NCBI GenBank assembly: GCA_012862495.1
Contig: BLSG01000281.1
Span: forward strand, 84,050-137,861
Source of the DNA: Thraustochytrium aureum
Taxonomy: Eukaryota
Direction: 5' to 3'
Length of the DNA stretch: 53,812 bases
Shown here: piece by piece, positions 10,114 through 22,024 of the stretch
How the letters are laid out: the number at the start of each line of letters is the position of its first letter
Numbering within the stretch: position 1 is the first letter of the stretch
Notes under the pieces: generated by a model
What the model saw: only the letters and a program-made list of their open reading frames with translations
Database searches by the model: none
Told to the model about the DNA's origin: nothing
Position numbers and translations under genes: made by a program

Positions 10114-11856
10114 CTACTTTGCCGAGAGGCCAGCGCTTTGCTTTTCCCGCAAGCGCTGCGCAAGGCGCTTGTTTCTTTCTCTAATGCGCTCGTCGTCGTC
10201 AAGGTTCAATTGCGGGCACAGATAGTCTTGGCCTAGCGATCCCAGTACCTTCGGGCCGCTGTTCGGCGACGCAATTGTGCCACTCTGCGGCGCGATGCCC
10301 CGCTCGGTGTTGCTGTCAATTCGGTCGATTGTGGAAGCGACGACGACTTGGTTTTGGCTCTTCAGAGCTGGGGAAACCTGAGGCGCGGCGGGATTGTGAA
10401 GCTGCGCAAGCGAGCCAGTTCCCTTCACTGCTGAGCGACCACAAAGAGCGACAGTACAAGGGCTCGTCGCGCTTTGGTGGGCAACCTCGTTACTTGCCTC
10501 TGCGCTTGACCCCGGTTCCTGATCAAGCAAACCAATGTCTCTTGCAAGCGCCTCGCATTCTGCCACCGCTTCCGGTCCGCCCCATTTCTGCAAGTTCACA
10601 ATCCGGAGGCGGGCCCGCCGCATCTTGCATTCGTGCCTAGCCGCCATGGCAGGATCTGATGCTGCTAGCACCGGAAGACTTGGAGACCTTTCGTTGCCTT
10701 TCGCGAGAGACGAGTGGGTTCGCCCCAGAGCATTTCTTTCCTCTTCAAGTCGGGCCTCCTCCGAAGGACAGGGCCTTGATGACTTTGGCGGGCGATCTTG
10801 ATCAAACGCAAGGTTTGCAGAAGAAAGAGTCGGCTCGACGACTCGTCCAGTTTCGCCACGATGCGCAGGGCCATTCGGTACGGGAGAGTTTCGTGGCTCA
10901 ATGCACCAGCTCGAGTTTCCAGGCTTCGCTGACTCTGGCTCGTCCATGACAGGCAGGGTCATTCGTGCAGGACCCTCGCTCGGACTCGCAGATTTGCATG
11001 CTGGAGGAGGACTTTGCTGCGAAGACGCTGCGTGGACGGCAGCAAGAGCCTGCGCTGCACTTGGCCTATCGGATGCCTTCACGTTAAGCAGTTGACCAAT
11101 TAGTTGTGAAGCGCCCGTTGCTGTCCCTGCGGGCAGAGGGAGCGGCGCGCACGTGCATATCTCGCGCGCAAGGGACAAGAGCGACCCGCCCTTGAACGGG
11201 AAGCGGAGGGCTGCGATTTCGTAAAAGAGCACGCCGCAGCTCCACATGTCGGTCGGCGGCCCGTACGGGATTCCTTGGCAAATTTCAGGGCTTGCATAGA
11301 GCGGCGTGCCGTAAAACGTCTCGATATTGGACGTTTGCCCTCGGCAGTCTCTGCCGACGCCAAAGTCTCCCAGCTTGACCATGAAGCGCGCCAAGGGGTC
11401 GGCTGCGAGAACAACGCCGCGAATCCCAGCGGGCAACTCAGTTGGGAAGATGAAGATGTTCGCGCTCTTGATGTCGCGGTGAACAACCTTGTGCGTGTGC
11501 AAAAACTTGACTGCCGAGAGGACCTGCGCCATCAACTTGAAGGTCTGCTTGGTTGAGAAAAACGCGTTCGCGCCCGCTCGCGTTTCTATTTCCGCGCTGA
11601 GGTCCCCATGCTCGGCAAGCTCGAGCTCGAGTACCAACGCTGATCTTGCCCAAAAGTAGTCGCGAAGCTCGACGACGTGCCCATGCCGTAGCCTTCGCAG
11701 CAGGTCCACCTCGTTCAGCATGCTCTTGCCTCTGCCCAGCTCGGGGGTTCGCCGTTCTTTGAGGACAACCCGTGTCCCGTCCTTGCACTTGCGTGCGAGC
11801 AGGACCGACCCCTGCGCAGAGCGGGCGAGCTCTCGCTCCACGACGAAGCCTTCCAT
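10114..11856 (-). CDS. NEK/NIMA-family Ser/Thr kinase with a disordered C-terminal tail
   Basis: VVLKE, HRDIKSANIF, VKLGDFG, FYGTPLYASPEICQGIPY, DMWSCG, DRPSA. Confidence 0.85.
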   Translation of the reverse strand: MEGFVVERELARSAQGSVLLARKCKDGTRVVLKERRTPELGRGKSMLNEVDLLRRLRHGHVVELRDYFWARSALVLELELAEHGDLSAEIETRAGANAFFSTKQTFKLMAQVLSAVKFLHTHKVVHRDIKSANIFIFPTELPAGIRGVVLAADPLARFMVKLGDFGVGRDCRGQTSNIETFYGTPLYASPEICQGIPYGPPTDMWSCGVLFYEIAALRFPFKGGSLLSLAREICTCAPLPLPAGTATGASQLIGQLLNVKASDRPSAAQALAAVHAASSQQSPPPACKSASPSEGPARMTLPVMDEPESAKPGNSSWCIEPRNSPVPNGPAHRGETGRVVEPTLSSANLAFDQDRPPKSSRPCPSEEARLEEERNALGRTHSSLAKGNERSPSLPVLAASDPAMAARHECKMRRARLRIVNLQKWGGPEAVAECEALARDIGLLDQEPGSSAEASNEVAHQSATSPCTVALCGRSAVKGTGSLAQLHNPAAPQVSPALKSQNQVVVASTIDRIDSNTERGIAPQSGTIASPNSGPKVLGSLGQDYLCPQLNLDDDERIRERNKRLAQRLREKQSAGLSAK

Positions 11857-14249
11857 TTTAAAATAAGTTACTCGAGAGTACCGTGGTCGAGAGTACTGCT
11901 CCCTAATTCGTTTAACTTAACGTCCCGTCCGCTTCCTTCCACGCACGCCCCCGCCTGTCCCCTTTCTTTCCTCCCGAGCCTCGGCTCGCGCAGCGCGCAG
12001 CCGGCTCGCTCAGCGCGCACGATTGCTTTCTGGCGGCGGTGGTCCCTTCTCTCCTTTCATAACGGTTGTTTTTGGCCTTGCGAAATTCAAAAAGAACAGA
12101 CGAGCATTCGTGAGCTATTCCTTAGAAGTGCGTGCGCCTCGCTCGCGTTGCAATGGAATTGCTTACGGCTTGGAAACCTTGGAAACATAACATAAGAAGC
12201 CTGGCATGCCTGGATACATGCCTAGGGGTTTTGCACAATTGCTCTTGCTGCTGCGCAGAGTTGCGGGTTTCGGCGAGTGAAGCACAGAGCCAATAATTCA
12301 TAGATTCCTGACTAATTGGACACGAACCCAATAATTGCAATTGCTGCTTCTGCGTCCTCCACGTTCATGACGGGCGAGGCTGGCGATAGCTCTCGAATGC
12401 TGGCGATCGCACTTGCACGCTTCGCACCATGCTTTCCACCTTAGATCTGTCAAGGAGTGCAGCGTGCTGCGTCACTTTCTTCTGATTGACGCAAAGACTT
12501 CTCGGGTGGGAGGTGGAGCGTCACGGACGCGCTTGCTCATCAAGCACGTGTCGTCACCGTCAAGCTTGAGTTGAGGTCCGTTCCATGGCATTGGACATGC
12601 ATGGTTTCTCGCCAGCGTGCTTGAGCAGTCGTCACTCGCACGTTTGCGTGCGTTCGTATGTAGAGTATGTATCTTGGCAGCCCAAGTAAGTAGTGAGTCC
12701 GGTCGTCCGTGACTTGATTGAGTCAGGTCGTGCGCGACCTGTCCGTCTGCCTTTCACGTCTTTTGATGAGCCTGGCTACTCGAGTAGGCCTATCGCTGTA
12801 CTTCGACCTATCCTGAATTTCAGGTTAGAGTGAGTGAGCACCGCCTACTACTCATGAGCTGCTTCTTATGAATCTGGCACAGGGCAGCATCGGCCGACCA
12901 GGCTGGATAAAGACTGGATTGGATTGGATGGACACGCAGGTACACCAGGACTGGACCGGGAAGATGGATACCACCAGTACTCACTCACTCACTCACTCAC
13001 GCTGCATGCCATGCATGCAAGCATCAGGCGCAGGCATGCATGCATCCGCTCGGGCAGGATTCGTGGACTTGGACTTGAATCGAATTACGCCAGTCTGGAG
13101 TCTAGTTGAACTCGGTATCGCGCAGGTCTTTCTGCAAGGGAGTGTCCGACAAGAGCTGTTGGGGTTGGACTCTTTCGTTCACAGAAACCCAAACGCAGCC
13201 GCGCTTTTTTCTTTTCTGCTCTGCGCGTGCAACTGGACTTCGAGGGGGTCCATTCGTGCATGCAAGCATATTTTTCATGGCGCACTCTCCGAGTCTCAGC
13301 ACATCACNNNNNNNNNNNNNNNNNNNNNNNNNNNNNNNNNNNNNNNNNNNNNNNNNNNNNNNNNNNNNNNNNNNNNNNNNNNNNNNNNNNNNNNNNNNNN
13401 NNNNNNNNNNNNNNNNNNNNNNNNNNNNNNNNNNNNNNNNNNNNNNNNNNNNNNNNNNNNNNNNNNNNNNNNNNNNNNNNNNNNNNNNNNNNNNNNNNNN
13501 NNNNNNNNNNNNNNNNNNNNNNNNNNNNNNNNNNNNNNNNNNNNNNNNNNNNNNNNNNNNNNNNNNNNNNNNNNNNNNNNNNNNNNNNNNNNNNNNNNNN
13601 NNNNNNNNNNNNNNNNNNNNNNNNNNNNNNNNNNNNNNNNNNNNNNNNNNNNNNNNNNNNNNNNNNNNNNNNNNNNNNNNNNNNNNNNNNNNNNNNNNNN
13701 NNNNNNNNNNNNNNNNNNNNNNNNNNNNNNNNNNNNNNNNNNNNNNNNNNNNNNNNNNNNNNNNNNNNNNNNNNNNNNNNNNNNNNNNNNNNNNNNNNNN
13801 NNNNNNNNNNNNNNNNNNNNNNNNNNNNNNNNNNNNNNNNNNNNNNNNNNNNNNNNNNNNNNNNNNNNNNNNNNNNNNNNNNNNNNNNNNNNNNNNNNNN
13901 NNNNNNNNNNNNNNNNNNNNNNNNNNNNNNNNNNNNNNNNNNNNNNNNNNNNNNNNNNNNNNNNNNNNNNNNNNNNNNNNNNNNNNNNNNNNNNNNNNNN
14001 NNNNNNNNNNNNNNNNNNNNNNNNNNNNNNNNNNNNNNNNNNNNNNNNNNNNNNNNNNNNNNNNNNNNNNNNNNNNNNNNNNNNNNNNNNNNNNNNNNNN
14101 NNNNNNNNNNNNNNNNNNNNNNNNNNNNNNNNNNNNNNNNNNNNNNNNNNNNNNNNNNNNNNNNNNNNNNNNNNNNNNNNNNNNNNNNNNNNNNNNNNNN
14201 NNNNNNNNNNNNNNNNNNNNNNNNNNNNNNNNNNNNNNNNNNNNNNNNN

Positions 14250-14824
14250 GAGCAAGATCGTCGGATGGGGGCGACGAGTCCGTCTCTGAAAGTCCAAACG
14301 TGCCCCGGGGGACAGCGCGCAGCTGGCAAGCACTGTAGCCACGAGGGGTGCTCCAAACTGGCACGAAGCACCACACAATTTTGCGCCGCGCACGGCGGCG
14401 GAAGGCGCTGCCAGAATCCCGGTTGCCCCAAGTCTGCACGTGGGGCGACTCAGTTTTGCATTGCGCATGGAGGCGGGCGCCGCTGCACGATTGACGGCTG
14501 CAAGAAGTCCGCGCAGGGCTCGACTGTGCTGTGCATTGCCACGGCGGGGGCAGACGTTGCAAGCAGGATGGCTGCCACAAGTCCGCACGCGGACCCACAG
14601 GTTTCTGCAAGGCGCATGGTGGCGGAAAGCGGTGTGCTTCGTTTGGCTGCTGGAAATGCGTTGTGGACGGTTCGACAATGTGCAAAGCGCACGAGGATGA
14701 GGGCAGCGCCTCTGGAGTCCAGGGCTCGCCAAAGCTTTACCCGGATTCTCCGCCGGCGGTGGTCGTACCGCAGCCCTCGAGTCTGGCCGACCTTGCATCG
14801 CTCAGCATGTCCTGGAAACCATGA
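14250..14824 (+). CDS. Tandem Cys/His zinc-finger repeat protein (WRKY19-like C-x4-C-x10-C-x2-H-GGG repeats); 5' part in gap
   Basis: Repeats CSHEGCSKLARSTTQFCAAHGGGRRC, CQNPGCPKSARGATQFCIAHGGG, CTIDGCKKSAQGSTVLCIA(H)GGG and CKQDGCHKSARGPTGFCKAHGGGKRC. One C is missing at about 14540 (gccac for gcccac). Confidence 0.82.
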
Positions 14825-14830
14825 GATGCA

Positions 14831-14935
14831 GCGCTGTGGAGCGTGCGGCTTGCGTCGTGAGTTGTGCATACATACATACTGGCGCTGTGGAGCGTGCGGC
14901 TTGCGTCGTGAGTTGTGCATACATACACTCTGGCG
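14831..14935. repeat. 51-bp tandem duplication immediately after the zinc-finger gene stop
   Basis: gcgctgtggagcgtgcggcttgcgtcgtgagttgtgcatacatacatactg at 14831, near-identical copy at 14882. Confidence 0.9.
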
Positions 14936-15249
14936 TGGGCTCCACTAACGTGGCCAAAATCAATTTGCGTGATCTAGCACCTTGTTTTTCTTTGGATTGA
15001 TTTTTCAATCAAGAAAGGTTATCATATCGAGCGCTTGGGCGAAAAGTGAGCTGTCGGTGCGCGCCTCGCGGGGCCATTCGCCCAGGGTTCGGGTTGAGCT
15101 GGCGCTTGGATGGGCAATGCGGCCCGGCCGAGCTTGACCAGGCTCGCTCGACGACTGTGCAGCGGCAGGGCAGCAGCCTGAACGCGTCTATTTCTTGAGG
15201 ATGAACCTTTTCTCGGCTAGTTCCTGGGTCAGGGCCTGGGGAGCGGAGT

Positions 15250-15912
15250 TTAGGCCTTGACGCGGTGACGCTTGCCCTTTTTCCCTGGTCGCTTCGCAGC
15301 GGCCGTCGCAGCCTGAGCAGCGTCGCCCACCGCAGCAGGGTCAGCATCGAGGTCCCGGAGGTAGTCTGTGTATTTTTTTTGCCAGCGCTGGGCAAAGCCT
15401 GGGGTGGGGTCCGGCCAGGGCCGCTTCAGTTCGCGATGCAAGCGGTCGTCTTGGCCACGGACGTAAATGCGGAAGAAAGCAGTGTTGAACAAAAGACGCG
15501 GCTGAACGAACACCGCCGCCACGAGAGCCGGCGTCGCCTCAAAGTACCAGTGGACCAGGTAGGTCATGAACGCCGTCATTGCGAGTTTGAAGCCAAGGTC
15601 CTTGAGCTTGACCAGGTCGTAGTCTCTGAAGGTCATCTCGAGCTTGGCGTCTGACGCCCCCGGGTCGTTGAACGCTTGCATCTCGGGCGAGTACAGTTGC
15701 GATGGGCGAACGAAAAGGGTCGTATCCTTGCGAGGGGACGTGATGATTTGGATGTAAAAGTACACCAGCAAGAGCGCGCAGGCTGCGGTCACCGACGCGG
15801 CCACCACGCGCAGCACAAAGACGTTGTCTGGATCTTCGAAGTCGATCAGGTTGCGAGCCACCATAATGACACCAGGCACCAGCATATACGTAAGCATGGA
15901 CAGGGTGCTCAT
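15250..15912 (-). CDS. PHO88: Pho88/SND3-family ER membrane protein
   Basis: Hydrophobic N-terminal segments, MTFRDYDL, HWYFEATPAL, FRIYVRG..ELKRPW motif, and a basic C-terminal tail. Confidence 0.8.
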   Translation of the reverse strand: MSTLSMLTYMLVPGVIMVARNLIDFEDPDNVFVLRVVAASVTAACALLLVYFYIQIITSPRKDTTLFVRPSQLYSPEMQAFNDPGASDAKLEMTFRDYDLVKLKDLGFKLAMTAFMTYLVHWYFEATPALVAAVFVQPRLLFNTAFFRIYVRGQDDRLHRELKRPWPDPTPGFAQRWQKKYTDYLRDLDADPAAVGDAAQAATAAAKRPGKKGKRHRVKA

Positions 15913-16025
15913 CGTGCCGCACCGCGCTTGCTGCTGTCTGCCGCTCCGCGCTCAGTTTGCTCCCGAGCAGCAGCCCTGACCGGGAACGATTCCGCGAACG
16001 AACAGAGTGAGGGCCCGTTGGCTCC

Positions 16026-16099
16026 TCGCCCTACGCCCCCGGACGCTCCGCGGGTGGTCCCTTCGCCCTACGCCCCCGGACGCTCCGCGGGTGGTCCCT
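16026..16099. repeat. 37-bp tandem duplication
   Basis: tcgccctacgcccccggacgctccgcgggtggtccct at 16026 and 16063. Confidence 0.9.
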
Positions 16100-16415
16100 G
16101 CGCGGCGCTTCTGAATTCTGTTCTTGGCTTGGTGCGCGGGCGCTCGCTTGCTGCGGCCCTGACCCTGCCGGTTGTGCTCTGGACAGAGGTGACCTGGAGA
16201 GGCGGACACAGATCAGTCGAGGGTTCCCAGCCGCTCCGTGGCTTGGAGTTCCTGACCTCTCATGCGAGGGTTTCAGGCTGGCCGTGTCGGTGTGGGAGCT
16301 AGCGCGTTCGCGTCTCGGCCCGGATGCGCTTCCTGCGGCTTGCTCGCTCAACCGGCAGCAAGCTTGAGCTTGGGCCAAGTCCAGAGCGAGAGAGCTGCCT
16401 GCCGCCAGGCCTAGC

Positions 16416-16703
16416 TCAAACCTCAATTTCAGGCTCATCGTCCGAGTCAGGCAACCCCCGTCGATTCGAGAGCCACGTGGACCCGGCGGCCGCACTCGGT
16501 TCGAGTGACTGCGCTGCTCTGCTCGTGGCGCTTTTGCCCGGTCGGAGGACCACGTCGGGAACGAGGTCCTCGGTGTTGCGGCCCTCGCGGCACATACGAA
16601 ACAGCAGACCCACACCTACGAGCCCGAGAACGGCAAGCACAATGATCAAGGCGACGAGTTGGATGGCGATTTGGCCTTCCGTTGGCTCGCCAAACGTTGC
16701 CAT
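16416..16703 (-). CDS. Hypothetical small single-pass membrane protein (alternative start at 16815)
   Basis: MATFGEPTEGQ followed by a TM helix IAIQLVALIIVLAVLGLVGVGLLF, basic RMCR, and an acidic C-terminus DSDDEPEIEV. Confidence 0.5.
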   Translation of the reverse strand: MATFGEPTEGQIAIQLVALIIVLAVLGLVGVGLLFRMCREGRNTEDLVPDVVLRPGKSATSRAAQSLEPSAAAGSTWLSNRRGLPDSDDEPEIEV

Positions 16704-17328
16704 GATGGATGATGGGTCGGATCTGAACGGGAAGAGCTCGAGCTGGCTGGGTTGTCTGCTGCAAGTGAAGTCCGCGTTTCGGCCGGCGTTTGGTTCTGGG
16801 TCTGCGCCCTTCATCAATGCGAGTCCGCGCCAAGTCGAATGACGCAGCCTCAAGTTGGCCTCTACTTTCCCGAGTCGGTCCGGCCCTGGCTCACTTGATC
16901 TTGATTGATTTCTCAATCTCAATCAAAACGAAACGCGTCGATGCATACGATGCAACTCGCGAATGACTCGGACGTCGATGTTGCGGTCTGCATGGTCGAC
17001 TCGGAACGAGGTGTACGAGGTGTGCGACGGCAGCCATGTGGCGTATTATTTTGTGTGTTTCGGAAAAACAATTTGGCGGATCAATCTACAACAGATAGTC
17101 CGGAGCATCGCAAATTACCGTTTAGTTGCGGAGAGAAGGCGGGAGCGAGGCCCCGACTCTGCGCGTCATCGTTTTGGGGCCAACGACACGCGCTGCAGCT
17201 GCACACAGAGTAGAGTACTCCCAAGGTACGGTATGCGCTGCAGCTGCACGGCAAGTAGTAGTTGCCGCCCGCAAGTCCATCGAATCTACCTAACAACTAT
17301 TTTTATGAATTACCGGCGCTCGTCATCA

Positions 17329-19202
17329 TCAAAAAGGGAACGCATCTGGCTCTGCCACCTTGGACTCAAACTCGAAAATACCCCGGTGGCCCGCACGGGT
17401 CCCCACATGCAGCTGCGCAATGCTCGGGCCCGAACCAGACGCCTTCGTTGACGCCTGCCCTGCGAGCTTGCGCGAGAACGAGTTGCTGCGAGAAAGTAGG
17501 GGGCCCACCGCCCCAGACCCCGAAAGCCGCCGCAACGGCGCTTGTTGGGAACCCCACAGCGGCGTGGAATGATTTGTGGNNNNNNNNNNNNNNNNNNNNN
17601 NNNNNNNNNNNNNNNNNNNNNNNNNNNNNNNNNNNNNNNNNNNNNNNNNNNNNNNNNNNNNNNNNNNNNNNNNNNNNNNNNNNNNNNNNNNNNNNNNNNN
17701 NNNNNNNNNNNNNNNNNNNNNNNNNNNNNNNNNNNNNNNNNNNNNAGAGTGGCGACGGACTCCCGAGGCGGCCACCGTCGGGGAGAACGAAAATGCTGAT
17801 GCATACCTGTCGATTTCAGGGGGCGAGGCTGCGCCGCTGGCCCGGGGCGTCGAGGCTCGTCTCGGAGACTCGAGGTCGTTCAGGAAAGAAAGGAACGTGC
17901 TGCCGTCCTCCTCCTCGGCCTTGTCGGCCTCCTCTTCGTCTCCATCAAGCGAATGCCCATGGTCGCGCGGTGGGAGCGGCTGGTACTGCGGACGGCTTTC
18001 GCTGTTGACGGCGCCGTGAGGGCCCTCCTCGCCGTTCTCAGCTTTCCGGAGAGCAAGCTGCTCAATGGCGCCATCGGCTGCAAAACTGACGCGGCGCCCC
18101 CCAGCGCCCAGTCGTGGGGAAAAGGACAAAGGAGCGGCAAGGCTCAACGGGTCGTTGAAGGGTAGCGGTTCGGGAATGAGCGGTGCAGGGCACGAAGCAG
18201 CTATACTCTCCACAGAGTCGCGATGCGGCGCGCTCTGGTTGTGTTCTGCATTGTGCGAGCCCTGGGTCGAGCGCCTTTCCTTTGCGGCGTTTCCGCCTCG
18301 CGGCCGGCCCCCGATTCTCGTAGCCTTGGCGCAGCAACGTCAGGTAATGGCTGCTCCAGGAGCTTAATTGCAGCCCCAAGCACCTTGGCCTGGTCGATAG
18401 CGCCGCGATCGCCGTCCTTGCTAAAACCGAGCGCCACGCTGAGCTGTTGAAAGAGCGTTCGCACTGCTGCGCGCCGCTCGCGCTCACGCTCGGACTTGAG
18501 CTCCTTTTTAGTGGGCACGCCCTTTTTCCGCGGCTGCTCGTTGTTGCTATTCGCGCGGGTCCGAGGAGTGGTTACGAGTGGGGAGGACGGCTCTTTTTTC
18601 CGCTTCGTTCCGGCCGAGCCGGGCTCGTCGGCGCTGCGAGGGGAGGCCCCGCTGATCCTGGCAAAGGACGTCTCACATGCTCGGAGTGGCGGCGGGCGGC
18701 GGGCGCTAAGGCTTGTGCGAAAGGGACCCTTCGGTGTTGCCGAGGCTGTGTGCCCGGTCGGGTGACGATCGCCACGCACTTCGCGCTTCACTGCCTGAGT
18801 TTCCGCGGCGTCGTCCCCCAATAGCCCAACGAGGTCATTCGTGTCGATCGATAGATCGAGAACGTCGTCTCCGTGGCAGTCGTCGCCGTCCCTTGCACGT
18901 CTGCCGTGCAAGTTGGCTCCAACGTCGTCGTCTCCGTCGAGCGTGTCGAGCAAAAAGCTTTCGCTGAGCAGCCTCCCTGTGCCAGCGCCCGTGAGGCTGC
19001 CGCCGATTGTAGCTTCGAGGTCTTCTATGGGGAGTGGCTCCGTGCTGAGTGCTAGCGCCCGAGGTGAGTTGTCTGAGCTCGTGCGGACCAAGTCTCTGTG
19101 GCGCTCGCTTTCGGACAACTCGTAAGGCAGCAGAACGCGAAAGCTATCGAACGACATCCTCGGCGGGCGGCTGTTGGGATCGGTAGAATCGCGTCGCGCC
19201 AT
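17329..19202 (-). CDS. bHLH transcription factor
   Basis: KKELKSERERERRAAVRTLFQQLSVAL..AIDQAKVLGAAIKLLEQ is a basic helix-loop-helix. One -1 frameshift lies between about 18340 and 18215, and there is an internal gap at 17580-17745. Confidence 0.72.
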
Positions 19203-19958
19203 TCCGCTTGGCGCGACGGCCACAAATACGACCTCTTGTCGCCACCGAAGCTGGCTCCCTGTGCAGCGCGCGTGTGGTGCGGAAAGTGGCGCGCCGCGAG
19301 CAGTCTCTCGGCAGTCGCTCGCAAGCCAGCGCGACCGGCGGCTCGGCTACAACGGGGCGGAAGTCTGGACGTCGCTACTTGCACTTGCCTGCCCCCGCGT
19401 TCGCGTTGGTTGGTATGTATGTTGGTCGGCACAGACATTCGCTTGCGAGCAGCACAGGCAGTCCATTTTTCTTCTTCTTGCTTGCTCAGAGCAAAAAGGC
19501 AAGGCACAAAGCAAAAAAGGTATTCACACCACCAACGAGGTGATGCCATGCGAGCATGTCATGTGCGCTCTTTGTCAACGCCGTCCCTCACATGCACACA
19601 GTCGGAAAGGTGGCACACCCACCCAGTTGGATTGGTGGGTGTCCAGACCGAGCCGCATTTGCAGAGGAGGGCCCTTCTTGCCGAGGTGAACTCATAAAAA
19701 GGAATCACGCCGCGGAGCCGTTCGTCCGCTCCGGCGCTCGAGGCCTTAGCAAGAAAGCGGGGAACGGAGCTGGTGTCGCGCTGTCGTCGTTGTCGTGATT
19801 GATTGGTGTCTCGTAACGGATCAACCGGACAAGCCCGTCGAGCGTCTTTCGAGGGAGGGAAGGAGGTCTGCGTTTTTGCAACGGCGCGTGGATCGAGCAA
19901 TTCACCAGTGCGCGAAGGGCGCGCCATGGCGTTGTAGCTGCCTGCATTCCCAGGAGAG

Positions 19959-21360
19959 ATGCTTGGGCCAGCCCCACCAGGGAGTGGCGGAAAGCCCCGT
20001 AAGATGGCCCGCAAGTTCGGCTCAGAAGCCGTGATCGCGGGCAAGATTGCCAGAGAGCGCGCCCGCGTCGCGCAGAGCGACAAAACGCGCAGGCTGCGCT
20101 CCAAGAAGAGGCTCGCGGCTCATTTAGCTGCCACTCAAAGTTTAGCACCAGGTCCTGGGGCCTATCGCCCAGAGCTAGCAGACTCGGTCGTGTTCCCTGC
20201 TCGTGGGAAGGAGGTGCAGCTTGGTGTTCGGCGAGGCTCCCCTGCGCTCGCGACTGAAGGGCAGCTCGACAGCCCCGACCCAGCAATGTACAGACCTCAA
20301 ACCGCAGACGGCCAGCGGTTCGTGTCAAGCCCAAGGTTTTCGCAAAGCAAGACGACTCGAGAGGCGATTTCCCGCGTCTATTTAGGCCCCGCTTCGCCGA
20401 GCGTTGATCCCGGCACGCCGGGCCCAGGCCACTACAGATGGGAAGAATCGGAGCAAGCTCGAGACAGGGCCATCCCTATCTCCCTCGCAGGGTCTCTGGT
20501 CAAATCTGCCATGCACGCCGCGAACAACGACCAAGAACAAGAACACACTCCCGGCCTCGCGAAAGCGCGGAGCACCGCCGAGCCGGCACTTGGACCCGGA
20601 CAATACCAAATTGAATTGAGCGAAGCTGGTGTCCTCCCTGCGACCAAAGGCGGGGCAATGAGCAAGGCGAGCAGGGACGACTACGAGCGGCTCTATCTCG
20701 GACGCGCTTTTGAAGCGGCCTCGACCAAAGTGCAGACGGGACCAATCAGCTCGGACACCAACCCAGTTCAGAGCACTTTCTCTCATCCCATGTACAAGTC
20801 TGTCTCCTGCAAGATTCTGGAGCGTGTTGGCACTGTCAAGGTTCAGAGACCTGATTTTTCGCGCTCGCCGCCTCCGGTGAGAAAGCCAAAAGGCAAACCC
20901 ATACGCATTTCTGCGAGCCCAAACACCTGATTCACAAAGTCGCGACGAAGATGGCGGGTATGGACGCCAGATGCTTGCAAGTCTAGACCACGCTGTGGCG
21001 CCTCGCTCGCCTGGTTTTTCTTTCTCACGGGGGAGCGGGGAAAAGTCGACCACGCCAAAGCACCAATCGCCTGGGCCGATCTACACGATTCCAGGAACGA
21101 TTGGCAATCCGATCGGTCGCCATGTACATCGCGGACCAACGCTTTCTCGGTCGCGGCGAATGCCCTTGGTTCCGCAACTTGGATGTGTGCATCAGCCAAC
21201 TGGATCGAAGGGCAAGGCAAGGTTGGCCAATGATGTTCCGGAGCGGCTTGGAAAAGTCAATGCCAATGGTGTGGCTGATGATGCTGTAGGCGTTGGTGTG
21301 TCGCCAGACTTATTTGCGAGCCTAGATCCAAATGACGAATTGGTGACGGACCAATTCTGA
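19959..21360 (+). CDS. SHIPPO/ODF3-like PGPG.Y repeat ciliary protein
   Basis: Repeats APGPGAY, SPDPAMY, TPGPGHY, LGPGQY, SPGPIY and SPGFSF. ORFs 19959-20930 and 20971-21360 join if one A is restored in cccaaaca at about 20921. Confidence 0.7.
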
Positions 21361-21488
21361 TTGTGATAATAATGAGACTGGATGGAGGGTGAGGAGGGGA
21401 GTAGTCAATCTCGGCAAGAAAGTTGTTCGAGTTCTGTGCTGTGCTGTGAGCGCCGAGTACTCTAGCTAGCGCCCAAGTCTTAAAGAAG

Positions 21489-21580
21489 TGCGGCTCCAGG
21501 CCGACGTTCGTTGCGGCTCCAGGCCGACGTTCGTTGCGGCTCCAGGCCGACGTTCGTTGCGGCTCCAGCCCGACGTTCGT
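21489..21580. repeat. 23-bp minisatellite x4 (TGCGGCTCCAGGCCGACGTTCGT) between convergent genes
   Basis: Units at 21489, 21512, 21535 and 21558, with no intervening spacers. Confidence 0.92.
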
Positions 21581-22024
21581 CGGCGCCACAGGTTTCAGGG
21601 ATGCGATCACAAGACGCTTGGACAGCGTAAAGAGTGCAAGCCTAGCGCTCCCTGCTCCCTAACGACAGCAGCGAGCCGCTCGCGCAGCTACGAGGTCTCC
21701 GAAAATGTTCCCATGTTGCGATGCGAGCGACGTCTCTGCTCAGTCCTTCTACCTAGGCCTATTCAAAGAGCAACCAAGATCCATCCAGGCGGGCGGCCCA
21801 AGGAGGCAACAAGAAAAGGAAAGAAGCGCAAGGCAGCCAGGGCATCGTTTGTTCTCAAGTATCTCTACTGGAGAGCTCTCTACTACTAGTAGAGTAGAGA
21901 GGATACGTAAGCAATGGCTTAAAGGCTTTGGCCGCCAAGGCGAGGTGAGAGTGCGCCTGCGTGAGGCCCAGGATCCGCAGCCCCCACGCAGTTCCATAGC
22001 TTGCCCAACATCGGTCCGCTTTCG

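Noticed and set aside
9917..10184. C-terminal extension of IQCG overlapping the convergent NEK gene
   Set aside because: The extension disappears when one A is restored in the Lys-codon run, giving a stop at 9916.
12868..14249. Long ORFs spanning N-gaps
   Set aside because: They are artefacts of translating N as X, and the flanking sequence at 12868-13307 is repeat-rich with no recognisable protein motifs.
21489..21580. CRISPR-like array (also 53595-53730)
   Set aside because: The units are head-to-tail with no unique spacers, there are no cas genes, and the context is eukaryotic.
21600..22024. Small ORFs between the SHIPPO-like gene and ERD2
   Set aside because: They have no recognisable motifs, partly derive from the 23-bp repeat, and are likely 3' UTR or intergenic.
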